DNA of 64,000 nucleotides from an uncultured Verrucomicrobiae bacterium (GTDB lineage: Bacteria > Verrucomicrobiota > Verrucomicrobiia > Chthoniobacterales > UBA10450). Location of the stretch: assembly GCA_963815455.1 (NCBI GenBank), contig CAWFGO010000003.1, positions 512,001 to 576,000 of the forward strand, written 5' to 3'. The translations under genes were made by a program, and so were the position numbers. Under the pieces are notes generated by a model. That model saw nothing but the letters and a program-made list of their open reading frames with translations. It searched no databases and was not told the origin of the DNA. Positions within the stretch are counted from its first letter, which is position 1. Each line of letters opens with the position of its first letter. Shown one piece after another: positions 43,267-53,603 of this stretch.

Positions 43267-43520
43267 TTTTCGTGCTGCTTGCTACTAGAAACCGGCGCAG
43301 CTTACCAGCTTATATGAATGCTGGGCCTTCCTTTAGGATCAGATAGCCCGCTCAATCAACCGTACAAAGTCGTTGACAGCCGGTTGGTTCGTTCGCAAAG
43401 TCACTACTCGTTTTTGCCATGCTAGCTCCGCAACTTATCTCGCCCGCTCTCCCCGGCAGCGCGGCGACTATTCTTCAATTCCCGACGGAAACGTTTCATC
43501 CCGTTCGTTCCTTGCGCCAT

Positions 43521-43736
43521 ATGACCACTCAACTCCTCCAGGAAGCAGCCCAAGCGATCCCGAATCAGCAAATCCTGATCAACGTGGTCTCCAAACGCGT
43601 GCGTCAGCTCGGCTTGGGACACCGGCCCATGGTGGAGACCACTCCACGCATGTCGCTCACGGATATCGCGCTCAAGGAAATTATCGCCGGCAAGCTTGTT
43701 TACGAATCCATCGAGGGTTCACCGGAGAAAGCTTAA
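43521..43736 (+). CDS. rpoZ: RNA polymerase omega subunit
   Basis: LINVVSKRVRQL...ALKEIIAGKL; 71 aa. Confidence 0.8.
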   Translation: MTTQLLQEAAQAIPNQQILINVVSKRVRQLGLGHRPMVETTPRMSLTDIALKEIIAGKLVYESIEGSPEKA

Positions 43737-43762
43737 GCTTCGTCGCGTTTCAGGGCGCGATC

Positions 43763-44224
43763 ATGGCTGCCGAGTCGATTCTCAATCGCAAGGCGCTGCG
43801 CGACTATCACATTCTCGATCGCTACGAAGCCGGGATCGAACTCAAAGGCAGCGAGGTCAAATCGATCCGGGCCGGGAAAGCGAACATCGGCGATGCCTTC
43901 GCCCGCATCGAAAAGGGCGAAGCTTTTCTCTACAACGCCGATATCCAGCCCTACGCCCAGGCCAGTCACGAAGTTCCGGCTCCCAAACGCGTCCGCAAAC
44001 TCCTGTTACATCGACAAGAGATCGACAAACTCTATGGCGAGACCCAGGTCGCAGGACGCGCCCTGGTTGTTCTCAAACTGTATTGGAAGAGCGGCAAGCT
44101 GAAAGCCGAGATCGGCGTCGCCCAAGGCAAAGCCGCGCGTGACAAGCGCGCCGACTTGAAAAAGCGCGCCGTCGATCGCGAAACCCAGCGCGAAGTGGCG
44201 AAATTCAATCGCCGTCACAGCTAA
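43763..44224 (+). CDS. smpB: SsrA-binding protein
   Basis: NRKALRDY, EAGIELKGSEVKSIR, RKLLLH, DKR. Confidence 0.96.
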   Translation: MAAESILNRKALRDYHILDRYEAGIELKGSEVKSIRAGKANIGDAFARIEKGEAFLYNADIQPYAQASHEVPAPKRVRKLLLHRQEIDKLYGETQVAGRALVVLKLYWKSGKLKAEIGVAQGKAARDKRADLKKRAVDRETQREVAKFNRRHS

Positions 44225-44353
44225 TTTCTTTTGGGGAGCGCAGGCATCCTGCCTGTGCTTCGCGGCATCTTGCCGCGAAGGCTTGCAGGGCGTCTGTGTC
44301 CCGACGCCATCTAATGATTGGCGTCTCACAGAGACGCCCTACAATTACGGTGA

Positions 44354-45212
44354 ATGTTAATTCGCACCGGCTCCTGGATTCGCGATAAAGTCGCCCTTAT
44401 CACCGGCGGCTCCCGCGGTCTCGGCTTGATCATCGCACGACAAATTTGTGATCAGGGCGGCAAAGTCGCTCTCATCGCTCGCGATGCTGATGAGCTCACC
44501 CGCGCCAAGAACGATCTCGAAAGCCGGGGCGGCGAAGCTATTACAATTCAATGCGATTTGCTCGATCGCGCGCAGATTGAATCCGCTGTCCGCCTCGCCA
44601 TCGATCGTTTCGGCAGGATCGACATTCTCATCAATAACGCCGGGATCATCGAAGTCGGTCCGCTCGAACACATGCAGCGCGAAGATTTCGAGCGCAGCAT
44701 GGGCGTGCATTTTTGGGCGCCATTCGAATTGATCATGCGGATCATTCCCGACATGCGACGACTAGGCGGCGGACGAATCATCAACATCGCTTCCATTGGC
44801 GGCAAGATTGCCGTCCCGCACATGGCCCCGTACACCGCGAGCAAATTCGCTCTGGTCGGCTTCTCCGATGCGCTTCGGGCGGAATTGCTCGCGAAAATAT
44901 TTATGTCACCACAGTTACGCCCGGGTCTGATGCGGACCGGTTCGGAAGTGCACGCAAAATTCAAAGGGGATCACGCCGCCGAATTCGAATCGTTTGCCGG
45001 TGCGACCAAAATGCCGCTCGCTTCGATCTCGGCAGAACGCGCGGCCGAAAAATTCTGGCAGCTGCTGCGCGCGGCAAGGCTGCGTTGATGATGCCGTTGC
45101 CGGCGCGCGCGTTGATTATCGCCAATGCGATTTTTCCAAATATCGTCGCGCGGAGTCATGAAGATAGTGAACAAACGGCTACCCGCGACCGACCGGAGCC
45201 GGCGGCGATGAG
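44354..45212 (+). CDS. SDR family oxidoreductase (frameshifted; 3' end approximate)
   Basis: ITGGSRGLG, INNAG, YTASKF. Confidence 0.85.
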
Positions 45213-45235
45213 GCGCGCGCGGCTCGGAAGATTCA

Positions 45236-45794
45236 ATGAAGCCGAAACGGCTGTTCGTGGCCATCGATCCGCCGAAATCCATTCGGCAGAGTCTGGTGGA
45301 TCTCGATCCGCAAATTCACGGCGTTCGTTGGGTCGATGGCAATCAAATGCATCTTACCCTCGGGTTTTTTCCGGCCGTAATCGAAGATGTCGAATCTGTA
45401 ACTTGCGCGAAAATTGAGCGCGATCGAATTTCGCGCATTTGTTCTCCCGATGGTCGGCCTCGGAAAATTTCCGGCCAAAGGGGCATCCGAAAATCGTCTG
45501 GATCGGGGTCGGCACCGGTCATCCTCATTTGTTCCAATTGCACAAACGAGTGCAGGAGGCCGCGATTGGCGGTCTGGCTTGGAAGCGGATTTACGCCCGT
45601 GGCATCCGCACATCACTCTGGCGCGTTGCCACAATGTCCATGAAGGCGCATTGCACAAATTTTTCAAAGCCAATGCCGAAGTCGATGCCGGAATGTTTCG
45701 GGTCGAAGCGTTTCATCTTTACTGCAGCGAGCTGACATCCGCGGGGCCGATTCACACCTGCGAGCTATCGATTCGCAGCACCGATGGTTCGTGA
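45236..45794 (+). CDS. thpR: RNA 2',3'-cyclic phosphodiesterase ThpR (frameshifted)
   Basis: KRLFVAI, MHLTLGF, PHITLAR, FHLYCSEL. Confidence 0.85.
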
Positions 45795-45796
45795 AG

Positions 45797-45893
45797 TGTA
45801 GCGACGTTTGTGTCAAACGCCGAACGCTCAGGCGCTTGGCAGAAGCGCCTCTACAACCGCTAATAAATTCGACGCTAACAGAAGGGCGCTACA
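45797..45893. repeat. GTAG-type REP cluster
   Basis: tgtagcgacg...gcctctaca...gggcgctaca. Confidence 0.7.
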
Positions 45894-47319
45894 GATTCCG
45901 GCTTGAGAGCGGTGCGGCGATATGTTCGAGCGATCGGCGCTCGGCTGCTACGCCAATCCAGATTTCCGTTAACGCGCCGACGATCATCAGTACCGCGGCA
46001 ACCAGATAACCGGCAAATAACGCTGTGCTCGAGCCGGTCCCAATCATCCAGCCAAACAAAATGGGCGCGCCAACTCCGCCGGCCAGAGTTCCAATCGCGT
46101 AGAAAATTGCGATTGCCAATGCGCGAATCTCCAATGGGAAAATCTCGCTCACAGTCAGATAAGCAGAGCTGGCCGCGGCCGACGCAATGAAGAAGATGAT
46201 TGTCCAGGCGACCGTTTGAGTTTGAGCCGTCAGCATTCCGGCATGAAACAGCCAGCCGGTTACAGCCAGGAGAATTCCGGCGAGAGCATAAGTTGCAGCG
46301 ATCATTTTCTTGCGTCCAATCGTGTCGAACAAATGCCCGAGCACGACCGGGCCAAGCACGTTGCCGAGCGCGAAGGGAAGGAGATAAAGGCCCACGCTCT
46401 GTTCCGGCACACCGTAAAACCGCATCAGGACCAGCGCGTAGGTGAAGAAGATTGCGTTGTAAAAAAACGCCTGGGTCAGCATCAGAATAAAACCGAGAAA
46501 CGAACGCCGTCGATGCTCGTGCACGATCGCGTCCCAAATCTCGTGCCACGGCGTGTGCGTCCGAGTTCGAATCCGCACGCTGTAGAGATCGGCCGTCGTG
46601 GCTGAGACCCCGATTCTTCGTTCTACTTCACCGACAATTTGCTCCGCTTCATGATTCCTTCCGTGAATCATCAGCCAGCGCGGGCTTTCGGGAATCCACC
46701 GCCGAAAGAAAATGACGATCAATCCAAGAGTCGCGCCGATTGCAAACGCGAAACGCCAGCCAAGCCAGATCGGCAATCGAGCGCGGGTCGAGCAAGACGA
46801 GCGTTCCAAGCTGCACCCATCGCTGCACCTACCCAATACGATCCATTGATCATCAAATCGACTCGGCCACGCACGCGAGCCGGAATCAGTTCGTCAATCG
46901 CCGAGTTGATGGCCGCGTATTCGCCGCCGATGCCGGCGCCGGTGATCGCGCGGAAAACTGCATAGCTTGTGAAATTCCACGAGAACGCGCTAGAGCGCCG
47001 TTCCGACGAGATAAACGGTCACCGTGATGAAAAATAATTTCTTTCGGCCAAACCGATCCGTTCCATAACCGAACAGCAGCGCGCCAATCACCGCGCCGGC
47101 CAGATAACAAGTCGCGCTCGCGCCGACCTCCGTCGGAGTTAGTCCCAGCGTCTCGTGGCGGGTCAAAATTCCGCCAAGCGCGCCGGCGAGCGTGACTTCA
47201 AGCCCATCGAGAATCCAAGTCGCGCCCAGCGCAACCACGATCAACCAATGCCATCGGCTCCACGGCAGATCATCCAGCCGCGCCGGCACATAGGATTCAA
47301 TTGTCTCGCCATTTGTCAT
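45889..47319 (-). CDS. MFS transporter (sugar/organic anion family; frameshifted)
   Basis: [37 protein letters not shown]. Confidence 0.88.
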
Positions 47320-47393
47320 AGCAATTTTGGAGTGCGCGGACATGTCCGCGCTTTCAAAGCGGTCCGGCGGCTGCCGGATCGCCGCACTCAAAA

Positions 47394-48846
47394 TTATTGC
47401 ACTCGCGATGGCGCCAAAATCGCGTCGCGCATTCCGTGAAGAAATTTCTTGTCGGCGGGAACGATGGTGGCCAGCGCGCCGCGCAATTTCACTTTGTCTT
47501 CTTCGACGAAGTAATACGGGCAAAGACGGACGCGGCCTTGCATCGTTTTCAACTCGGTGGATCGAGCAGTCCCTTGCTCGATGCTAAAACCAGGCGGCGA
47601 AGCCGCATTCTTATTAGCATCGCCCGACGGAGCGGTCGATCCACCATCTTCCCAATACCGGTGTTCGAACAATCGGCCTTTGTGAAAGCGTTGCATGATG
47701 GTCGGCGACGAATCGAACGTGGCAAGCGCATTGTCGATCCTCTTTGCCCATTCCGCGTGGGCGAGATCGGAGCCGAGCGAGATGCCGCGACTGCCCCAGC
47801 CGAGCGGTGAAAATCCGCTCACTTTCAAAAGAAGATCGCGATCTTTTTGACTGAATCTGGCCGCCTCGCGCCAATCGTGAATTTCCAAACGCGGAATCAC
47901 GCGCATGTTGCGGCAACGGCGTTGGATCAAGCAGCCACGAATACGGAATCACTTCCTGCAGTTTCATGAAATATTTTTCGCCCAGCTCGCGCCGCCAGAA
48001 TTCGCGCAGCGGCTGCATCCAAAAAAGCGCGAACCACATTTTCTCTTCGAGATACGGTTTGATCGGCGGTGTGATCGTGATCCGGCCTTCTGCGTTTGCG
48101 CGAAGCAGATTGTCGATCTTCGGGAATGTTGGGCAGATCGAACAACTCGAAGAAGCGGTAAACATGCGCGCGCCATCCTGCGGCTCATAATTCTCCGCCG
48201 CCACGACGCGCCAGCTGTAGTTCGGGAGCGTTGACCCCGGCCCGTGACGACGTTAACAGAGCCGTGGTCGGCGTTCGCGGCTACAGTTCGCTCGTTCAAT
48301 CGCGCAGCGATCCATTCCATTTCCGGCCGATAGGTGGCCGATTCCTGCGAAATAACGATGTCGCCGCCGTCTGGGAAGAACACTTTGAAATCCCTCCAGC
48401 ATCCCATCCGCGCCGCCGATGATTTCGTTATCGAATTGCGAGTAGGTTTGATTGAGCCACCGGTCAATCCGATTCCGCCCGGCACGGAATCGATTTCCGC
48501 AATGATGTAACCGTCCTCGGTCAGAATGAGATCCGGGCGAATGACGCGCGGAAGATCGTCCCGGATTTCTTTGCGTCGCGAAAACTCGATCAGCTCCTTC
48601 GGTTTGCCCGCATCGAGATAACGCGCAACCCAATCGGGCTGTTTTCCTTTGACACTCTGTTGATAAAGCTGATTACAAGCGCGCTGAAAAACGAACAACT
48701 GATGACCGAGTTGCTCGAGCTCGGCCAGGAATTTTTGCTCGATCGGAAACGCATCGGGCGAAAGGAGCCAGTCCTTTTCTGCGAAGAGGCCTTCCTTTGG
48801 GAAGGCAGTGCGGATGGCGACGAAGCCTGTCGTCTTGAACCTGCAT
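47394..48846 (-). CDS. conserved hypothetical protein, possibly an ATP-grasp-like ligase (frameshifted; carries palindromic inserts)
   Basis: Stitched ORF pieces: VIRPDLILTEDGYIIAEIDSVPGGIG, KPYLEEK, LLKVSGFS..GWGSRG, RVRLCPYYF. Confidence 0.6.
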
Positions 48847-48853
48847 TAGAAAG

Positions 48854-48899
48854 CAACGTCCAACGTCCAACGCTCGAACGCTCAACGTCCAACGCTCAA
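48854..48899. repeat. AACGTCC/AACGCTC heptamer-like tandem repeat
   Basis: aacgtccaacgtccaacgctcgaacgctcaacgtccaacgctcaa. Confidence 0.85.
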
Positions 48900-48993
48900 T
48901 GAACAACGTCGACATCCCGAGCGGAGTCGAGGGATCTCGGAAAAGTGCTTCAGGTGGCACAACGGGCTTCCTCGCCGCGTCGGAATTCCACGT

Positions 48994-49609
48994 TTATCTT
49001 CCCGCGGCGATTTTCTTCAGCGCCAAGCTTACCAATTCCTCCGCCGATTTCGCTTCGCCTTTTTCCTGCAAATCGCGCACCGCTTTGTGGGCATCGACTT
49101 GTTTGTAACCAAGCGCGATCAGCGCCAGCACGGCTTCGTTGGCTTGTTCCTGCTCGGGCGTCGGCGCGTGCGCGCCGATTGCGGCTTCCCACGCCGCCGC
49201 GACCCCGAGCTTGTCTTTCAATTCGAGCACGATTCGTTCGGCCGTTTTTTTCCCAAGCCCGCTAATTTTCGAGATCGCCGCGATATCCGAGTTCACAACG
49301 GCGGCTTTGAAATTCGTTACGCTCATTCCGCTTAATACAGCCAGCGCAAGTTTCGGCCCGATCCCGCTGACGTTATTCACCAGCAACCGAAACAGATCGC
49401 GCTCCGGGCGCAGTCATGAATCCGTAAAGAATGTGCGCGTCTTCGCGCACGGCCAGATGCGTCAGAATGTGAATCGGCTGGCCGACTGACCGGGAGCTTA
49501 TCGTAACTGGAAAGCGGAATCAAAACTTCGTAACCGACGCCGTTGACATCGACAATGGCCTGCGTGGGCAGAGCCGTCGACAAGTTTGCCGGTCGAGAAA
49601 CGTGATCAT
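48994..49609 (-). CDS. ruvA: Holliday junction branch migration protein RuvA (frameshifted)
   Basis: MITFL, VDVNGVGYEV, VSGIGPKLAL, GLGKKTAERIVLELKDK, ALIALGY. Confidence 0.93.
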
Positions 49610-49771
49610 TGAGAGCGGTTGAAACGCTATAAGATGAAGAGTTGAAACGGAGCGTGTTTGCAAACGCAAGGCGAAGAATCTCCATTATCCTGTAGCGGCG
49701 CTCTGCGAGCGATCGCAGAGATGTATCAATTCGTCCAGACAGAGGAGTAAACGACCGCGCGCTTATCAAGG

Positions 49772-51269
49772 TCATTCCGATTTCATTACAAGCGTAAGAT
49801 CGAGGTGCTTGCCTTTGGCGAGGTTGAAGCCGTGCGTTGAAAATGTTTTCCAGTTGTCCGGATGATTCGCGAAGAGCGTGCCCGTAAGCGAACTCGGTAT
49901 CACCACGAAGCGCGGTCCAGTCTTTTGCCATAAAATCGGCGGCTCCCCTCTTGTTCAAAGGCGTAAGAAAGCCTTTCACCCGGGAACGAAAATACCAGAC
50001 CAGACTTGGCTCGTTGTAATCAACCGCGCCAAACTCCATGTCTGGCCGCAACTGATCGCGAGACTCTCGAAAAAGCGCATAGGCGGGGAACGAACGCGCG
50101 ACCAGCGGCGGAACTATAAACGCGACGGCGAACAACACGCATGTCGTCGCAATCGCGATCCCTTTGAAACGAGGCAATGGTTGTTGCGACCAATGCCGCG
50201 CCAATAACAGCGCAAGCAATGGAAATGCCGGCAATGTGTAATGCGGCAACTTCGTTTTGATGAGCGTGAATATTAGAAAAATGATTCCGGCACGGACGAG
50301 AAGGTAATTGTCGATCCTATCGCGCCCGCTGTAGCCTCGGCCTACTTTGTTACGCCACAATTTCCGGACCAACCAAGGAAACTTGAGCGACCACGGAAAC
50401 ATGCTCAGAAAAACAGTAATGAAATAAAACGGCAGCAACAGCAGATACACGCTGAGAGAATTGGCGCCGTGCCCTTCCATCGCCCCGATCGATCGACCGA
50501 TGACGTGACGCCCGATCCCAACGCTAAAAAATTCGCCATGAGTGCGAATCAAGGCGGGAACGGCCCAGATCGCGACAACGCCGAGCATTAAGAGGACCCC
50601 AGCGATCAACCTAAAAGGACGGCGTGAGACGTTGATCCAACCGACTGTTAACAGCGGGACCCATCCGATTGGTCCTTTGGCCAGAAAGGCCAGCGCCAGC
50701 GAGAGATAAAAAACCAGCCACCAATTCCATTGGACGGTGGACGTTGGGCGTTGAGCGCCTGCCACGCCGAAGCCTTGCGCAGGCGGGTTGGACGTTTTCT
50801 GACCGCAAGTCAATTCGTAATCGGCCCAATAGGCCAAAGTCATGAAAAGCACCAGCCACATGTCGGCGACCGCCGCTTTCGCGTGAACAAATGTCTGGAG
50901 CGAAACCGTAAAGATGATCGCCGCCCACCAGCCGACACGATCGCCGCCAATACGCGCGCCCCAGGCCAGGAGCGTCAATGCGATCAGCGCAGCGGCGATT
51001 GTCGATGGAAAACGTGCGGCAAAATCGTTCTCTCCAAAAATCTTGTAACTCGCGGCCTGGGCCCAGTAGGTGAGCGGAGGCTTGTCGAATCGAATGTTAT
51101 TATTGAAATAGGGAACGATGTAATCGCCGCGTTGAATCATTTCCCTGGTCGCTTCGGCAAAACGCGGCTCGTCCCGATCGATAAGCGGCAGGCTCCAAGT
51201 GCCGGCCAGGTGGAGAAGCACGCAGCCGAAAAATAACATCGCGTATTTCCCGGTGGAGGAGTTTATCAT
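49772..51269 (-). CDS. ArnT-like GT-C (family 39/83) glycosyltransferase (frameshift near 49920)
   Basis: DRDEPRFAEATREM, DKPPLTYW, LAKGP, KLPHYTLP. Confidence 0.88.
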
Positions 51270-51364
51270 GCTCGTGCTCGTGCTCGTGCTCGTGCTCATA
51301 CTCATGCTCTTGCTCTTGCTCGACTTCCATCGATCATGAGCAAGAGCAGGAGCAAGAGTAAGAG
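51268..51364. repeat. inverted hexamer arrays (GCTCGT/GCTCTT vs GAGCAA/GAGCAG) between divergent genes
   Basis: Direct reading of the sequence; a related array lies at 40803-40835. Confidence 0.85.
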
Positions 51365-51390
51365 GACAAAGTGCCGACGGGAACTCATTT

Positions 51391-52011
51391 GTGAAACGCA
51401 GCTCCGTTTTTTACTGGCTGATTTGCATCGTGATTATGCTCGCTGTAATCGTTGCGTCCTTTCATTTCGATGGCGCAGCGCGCGATTTTGTAACGCAGCA
51501 TCAAGACCGGGCTCTGCGGAAGTTCATGCTCAATGTCAGCCGGATCGGCGACTGGCCCGCTCATCTCGCCCTCGGGTCGTTGCTGCTCGCGATTGCCTGG
51601 TGGCGCGGCAACAAGAAATGGACGCGCATTTTCTTGTCGATGCTGGTCGCCCTGGCGCTCGCTGGCGTGGTTAGCCGCGGGATCAAGATCGCCACCGCTC
51701 GCGCCCGACCATCGGTGAAAACGGAAGAAGTCGCAGCGCGATCACATTTCAGCTCCAAGTATCAGGCCTTCCCCTCCGGACACGTCGCGGCATCGATGGG
51801 ATTTTTCGGCGTCCTGTTTTTTGTACGCCGTCGAATCGCCCTCGCCTGCCTGCCAATCCCAATCCTAATCGGAATCTCCCGGATGTATGTCGCGGCACAT
51901 TATTTATCCGACGTCGTCTGCGCGGCGATCCTGGGAATATCGTGCGCGTTTCTAGTCACGCGATTTCCTCATCTGTCAATCAGCAATCAGAAATCAGCAA
52001 TCCGCAATTAG
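51391..52011 (+). CDS. PAP2-family phosphatase
   Basis: K...ARARP, FPSGH, SRMYVAAHYLSDV. Confidence 0.9.
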   Translation: MKRSSVFYWLICIVIMLAVIVASFHFDGAARDFVTQHQDRALRKFMLNVSRIGDWPAHLALGSLLLAIAWWRGNKKWTRIFLSMLVALALAGVVSRGIKIATARARPSVKTEEVAARSHFSSKYQAFPSGHVAASMGFFGVLFFVRRRIALACLPIPILIGISRMYVAAHYLSDVVCAAILGISCAFLVTRFPHLSISNQKSAIRN

Positions 52012-52014
52012 AAT

Positions 52015-52108
52015 GCGGAGGGGGTGGGATTATCCAAAGCTGCGCTTTGGCTCTGGGGTTAGAGCTTCGCTTATAACCCATGCGCGTAACGCGCCCCACC
52101 AGTCGAAC
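52015..52108 (-). repeat. tRNA-Ser 3'-end copy interrupted in the T-loop by a 72-nt insert
   Basis: 52015-52031 is identical to 52179-52195; CGAAC resumes at 52104. Confidence 0.75.
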
Positions 52109-52176
52109 GGCGTTCGAATCGCGAAATTGCAACGCTTCCAAATCGAAAATCGAAAATCGACATTCGAAAATTAAAA

Positions 52177-52264
52177 TGGCGGAGGGGGTGGGATTCGAAC
52201 CCACGAGGGCTTGCGCCCTGCCGGTTTTCAAGACCGGAGCCATCAACCACTCGACCACCCCTCC
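52177..52264 (-). tRNA. tRNA-Ser (TGA)
   Basis: GGAGGGGTGGTCGAGTGGTTGATGGCTCCGGTCTTGAAAACCGGCAGGGCGCAAGCCCTCGTGGGTTCGAATCCCACCCCCTCCGCCA, with a long variable arm. Confidence 0.97.
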
Positions 52265-52278
52265 GGCGCTGGGCCGAC

Positions 52279-52353
52279 TGTAGCGGCGCTCTGTGAGCGT
52301 CGCAAACTTTGGGCCATCAATTGGCGACCCCGAAGGCTTTCGGGGCCGCTACA
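52279..52353. repeat. GTAG-type REP doublet
   Basis: tgtagcggcgctctgtgagcgtcgc...gccgctaca; a similar half lies at 49691. Confidence 0.75.
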
Positions 52354-52379
52354 GCAGAGATTCGATTCGACAGCGTTAT

Positions 52380-53561
52380 ATGTTCGCGCGAACATTCTTC
52401 ATGACCGGGCGCAAGTTTGTTCCAATCGTTGTCGAACAGCCTCAAAGCCGCGCTCCTCTACACGGCCGGGGCGCGTCATGGAGCCCGGCCAACCGTTTCG
52501 AAAAGCTTCATGTCGATCTAACCGATGTCGATGTCGTTGATGTCGATCCCGATGATGAGGAACGACCGCGCCGCCACACCCAGTATTTCCGCGATGCTTC
52601 CAAATCGATTATCACGCGTAACAACAGTCCCGATGTCGGATTCGAGACGAGCCTGAATCCGTATCGTGGCTGCGAACACGGCTGCATTTATTGTTATGCC
52701 AGGCCAACCCATGAATATCTCGGCTTTTCAGCCGGCCTCGATTTCGAAAGTAAAATCATGGTCAAGACCGATGCGCCGGAATTATTGTGCGCGGAAATGG
52801 AATCGCCGCGCTGGAAACCGCAAACGCTGGTAATGAGCGGCGTGACCGATCCGTATCAGCCGATCGAAAAGAAACTGCGGATCACGCGCGGTTGCCTCGA
52901 GGTGCTGGCGAAGTTTCGCAACCCGGTTGCGATCATCACCAAAAACCGCCTCGTGACACGCGATGTCGATCTTCTGCGGGAGCTGGCAAGTCATCATGCC
53001 GCGGCTGTGAATATTTCGATCACATCACTCGATCCGAAATTGCAACGGATTCTGGAACCGCGCACTTCGTCGCCCGAAGCGCGCCTCAACGCCATCCGAC
53101 AGCTTCGTGCAGCGGGAATTCCAGTTGGGGTCATGACTGCGCCGATCATTCCCGGGCTGACCGATCACGAGGTGCCGAAAATTCTCGAAGCAGCGGCCAA
53201 AGCAGGCGCGCAATTCGCCGGTTACACGATTGTGCGTTTGCCGTGGGCGGTGGCACCGCTGTTCGAGCATTGGCTGGAAGAACACTTTCCCGATCGAAAA
53301 GAGAAGGTGCTCGGGCGAATCCGAGAACTGCGCGGGAACGGCAAACTGAACAATTCGCAATGGCACACTCGCATGAGTGGCGAAGGAGCTTTTGCAGAGC
53401 AAATCGCTTCGTTGTTTGCGGTGGGTTGTCATCGTGCAGGGATCGGTGCACGACCGAAACTCTCGGCAACTGCGTTTCGAAGATCGACAACCCAAATTGA
53501 GCTGTCATTCCGAGCGAAGACAAGCGCAGTCGAGGAACCCCGCGGCATTCCTTCTCGCTAG
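52380..53561 (+). CDS. PA0069/SPL-like radical SAM protein
   Basis: SLNPYRGCEHGCIYCYARP, SGVTDPYQP, APIIPGL. The start is uncertain. Confidence 0.9.
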   Translation: MFARTFFMTGRKFVPIVVEQPQSRAPLHGRGASWSPANRFEKLHVDLTDVDVVDVDPDDEERPRRHTQYFRDASKSIITRNNSPDVGFETSLNPYRGCEHGCIYCYARPTHEYLGFSAGLDFESKIMVKTDAPELLCAEMESPRWKPQTLVMSGVTDPYQPIEKKLRITRGCLEVLAKFRNPVAIITKNRLVTRDVDLLRELASHHAAAVNISITSLDPKLQRILEPRTSSPEARLNAIRQLRAAGIPVGVMTAPIIPGLTDHEVPKILEAAAKAGAQFAGYTIVRLPWAVAPLFEHWLEEHFPDRKEKVLGRIRELRGNGKLNNSQWHTRMSGEGAFAEQIASLFAVGCHRAGIGARPKLSATAFRRSTTQIELSFRAKTSAVEEPRGIPSR

Positions 53562-53597
53562 CGCATCGTGATCCCTCGACTTTGCTCGGGATGACAG
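53502..53597. repeat. GTCATCC-family palindromic element
   Basis: ctgtcattccgagcg...ctcgggatgacag; overlaps the radical SAM 3' end. Confidence 0.85.
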
Positions 53598-53603
53598 AGT
53601 GAA

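Noticed and set aside
43373..43762. Long N-terminal extension of SmpB
   Set aside because: It overlaps rpoZ in another frame; SmpB homology starts at 43763.
44225..44353. tmRNA next to smpB
   Set aside because: The gap is about 130 bp, holds REP-like hairpins, and has no tmRNA termini.
9495..49920. Mass pseudogenisation or programmed frameshifting (hemL, lolC/E, rtcB, thpR, ruvA and others)
   Set aside because: Single-base shifts hit essential genes whose motifs are intact, with no consistent slippery sites or accumulated nonsense codons. This is typical of an unpolished long-read consensus.
51100..51330. His/Glu-repeat ORF (EHEHEH) as a metal-binding protein
   Set aside because: It is a translation of the hexamer repeat and overlaps the ArnT-like gene out of frame.
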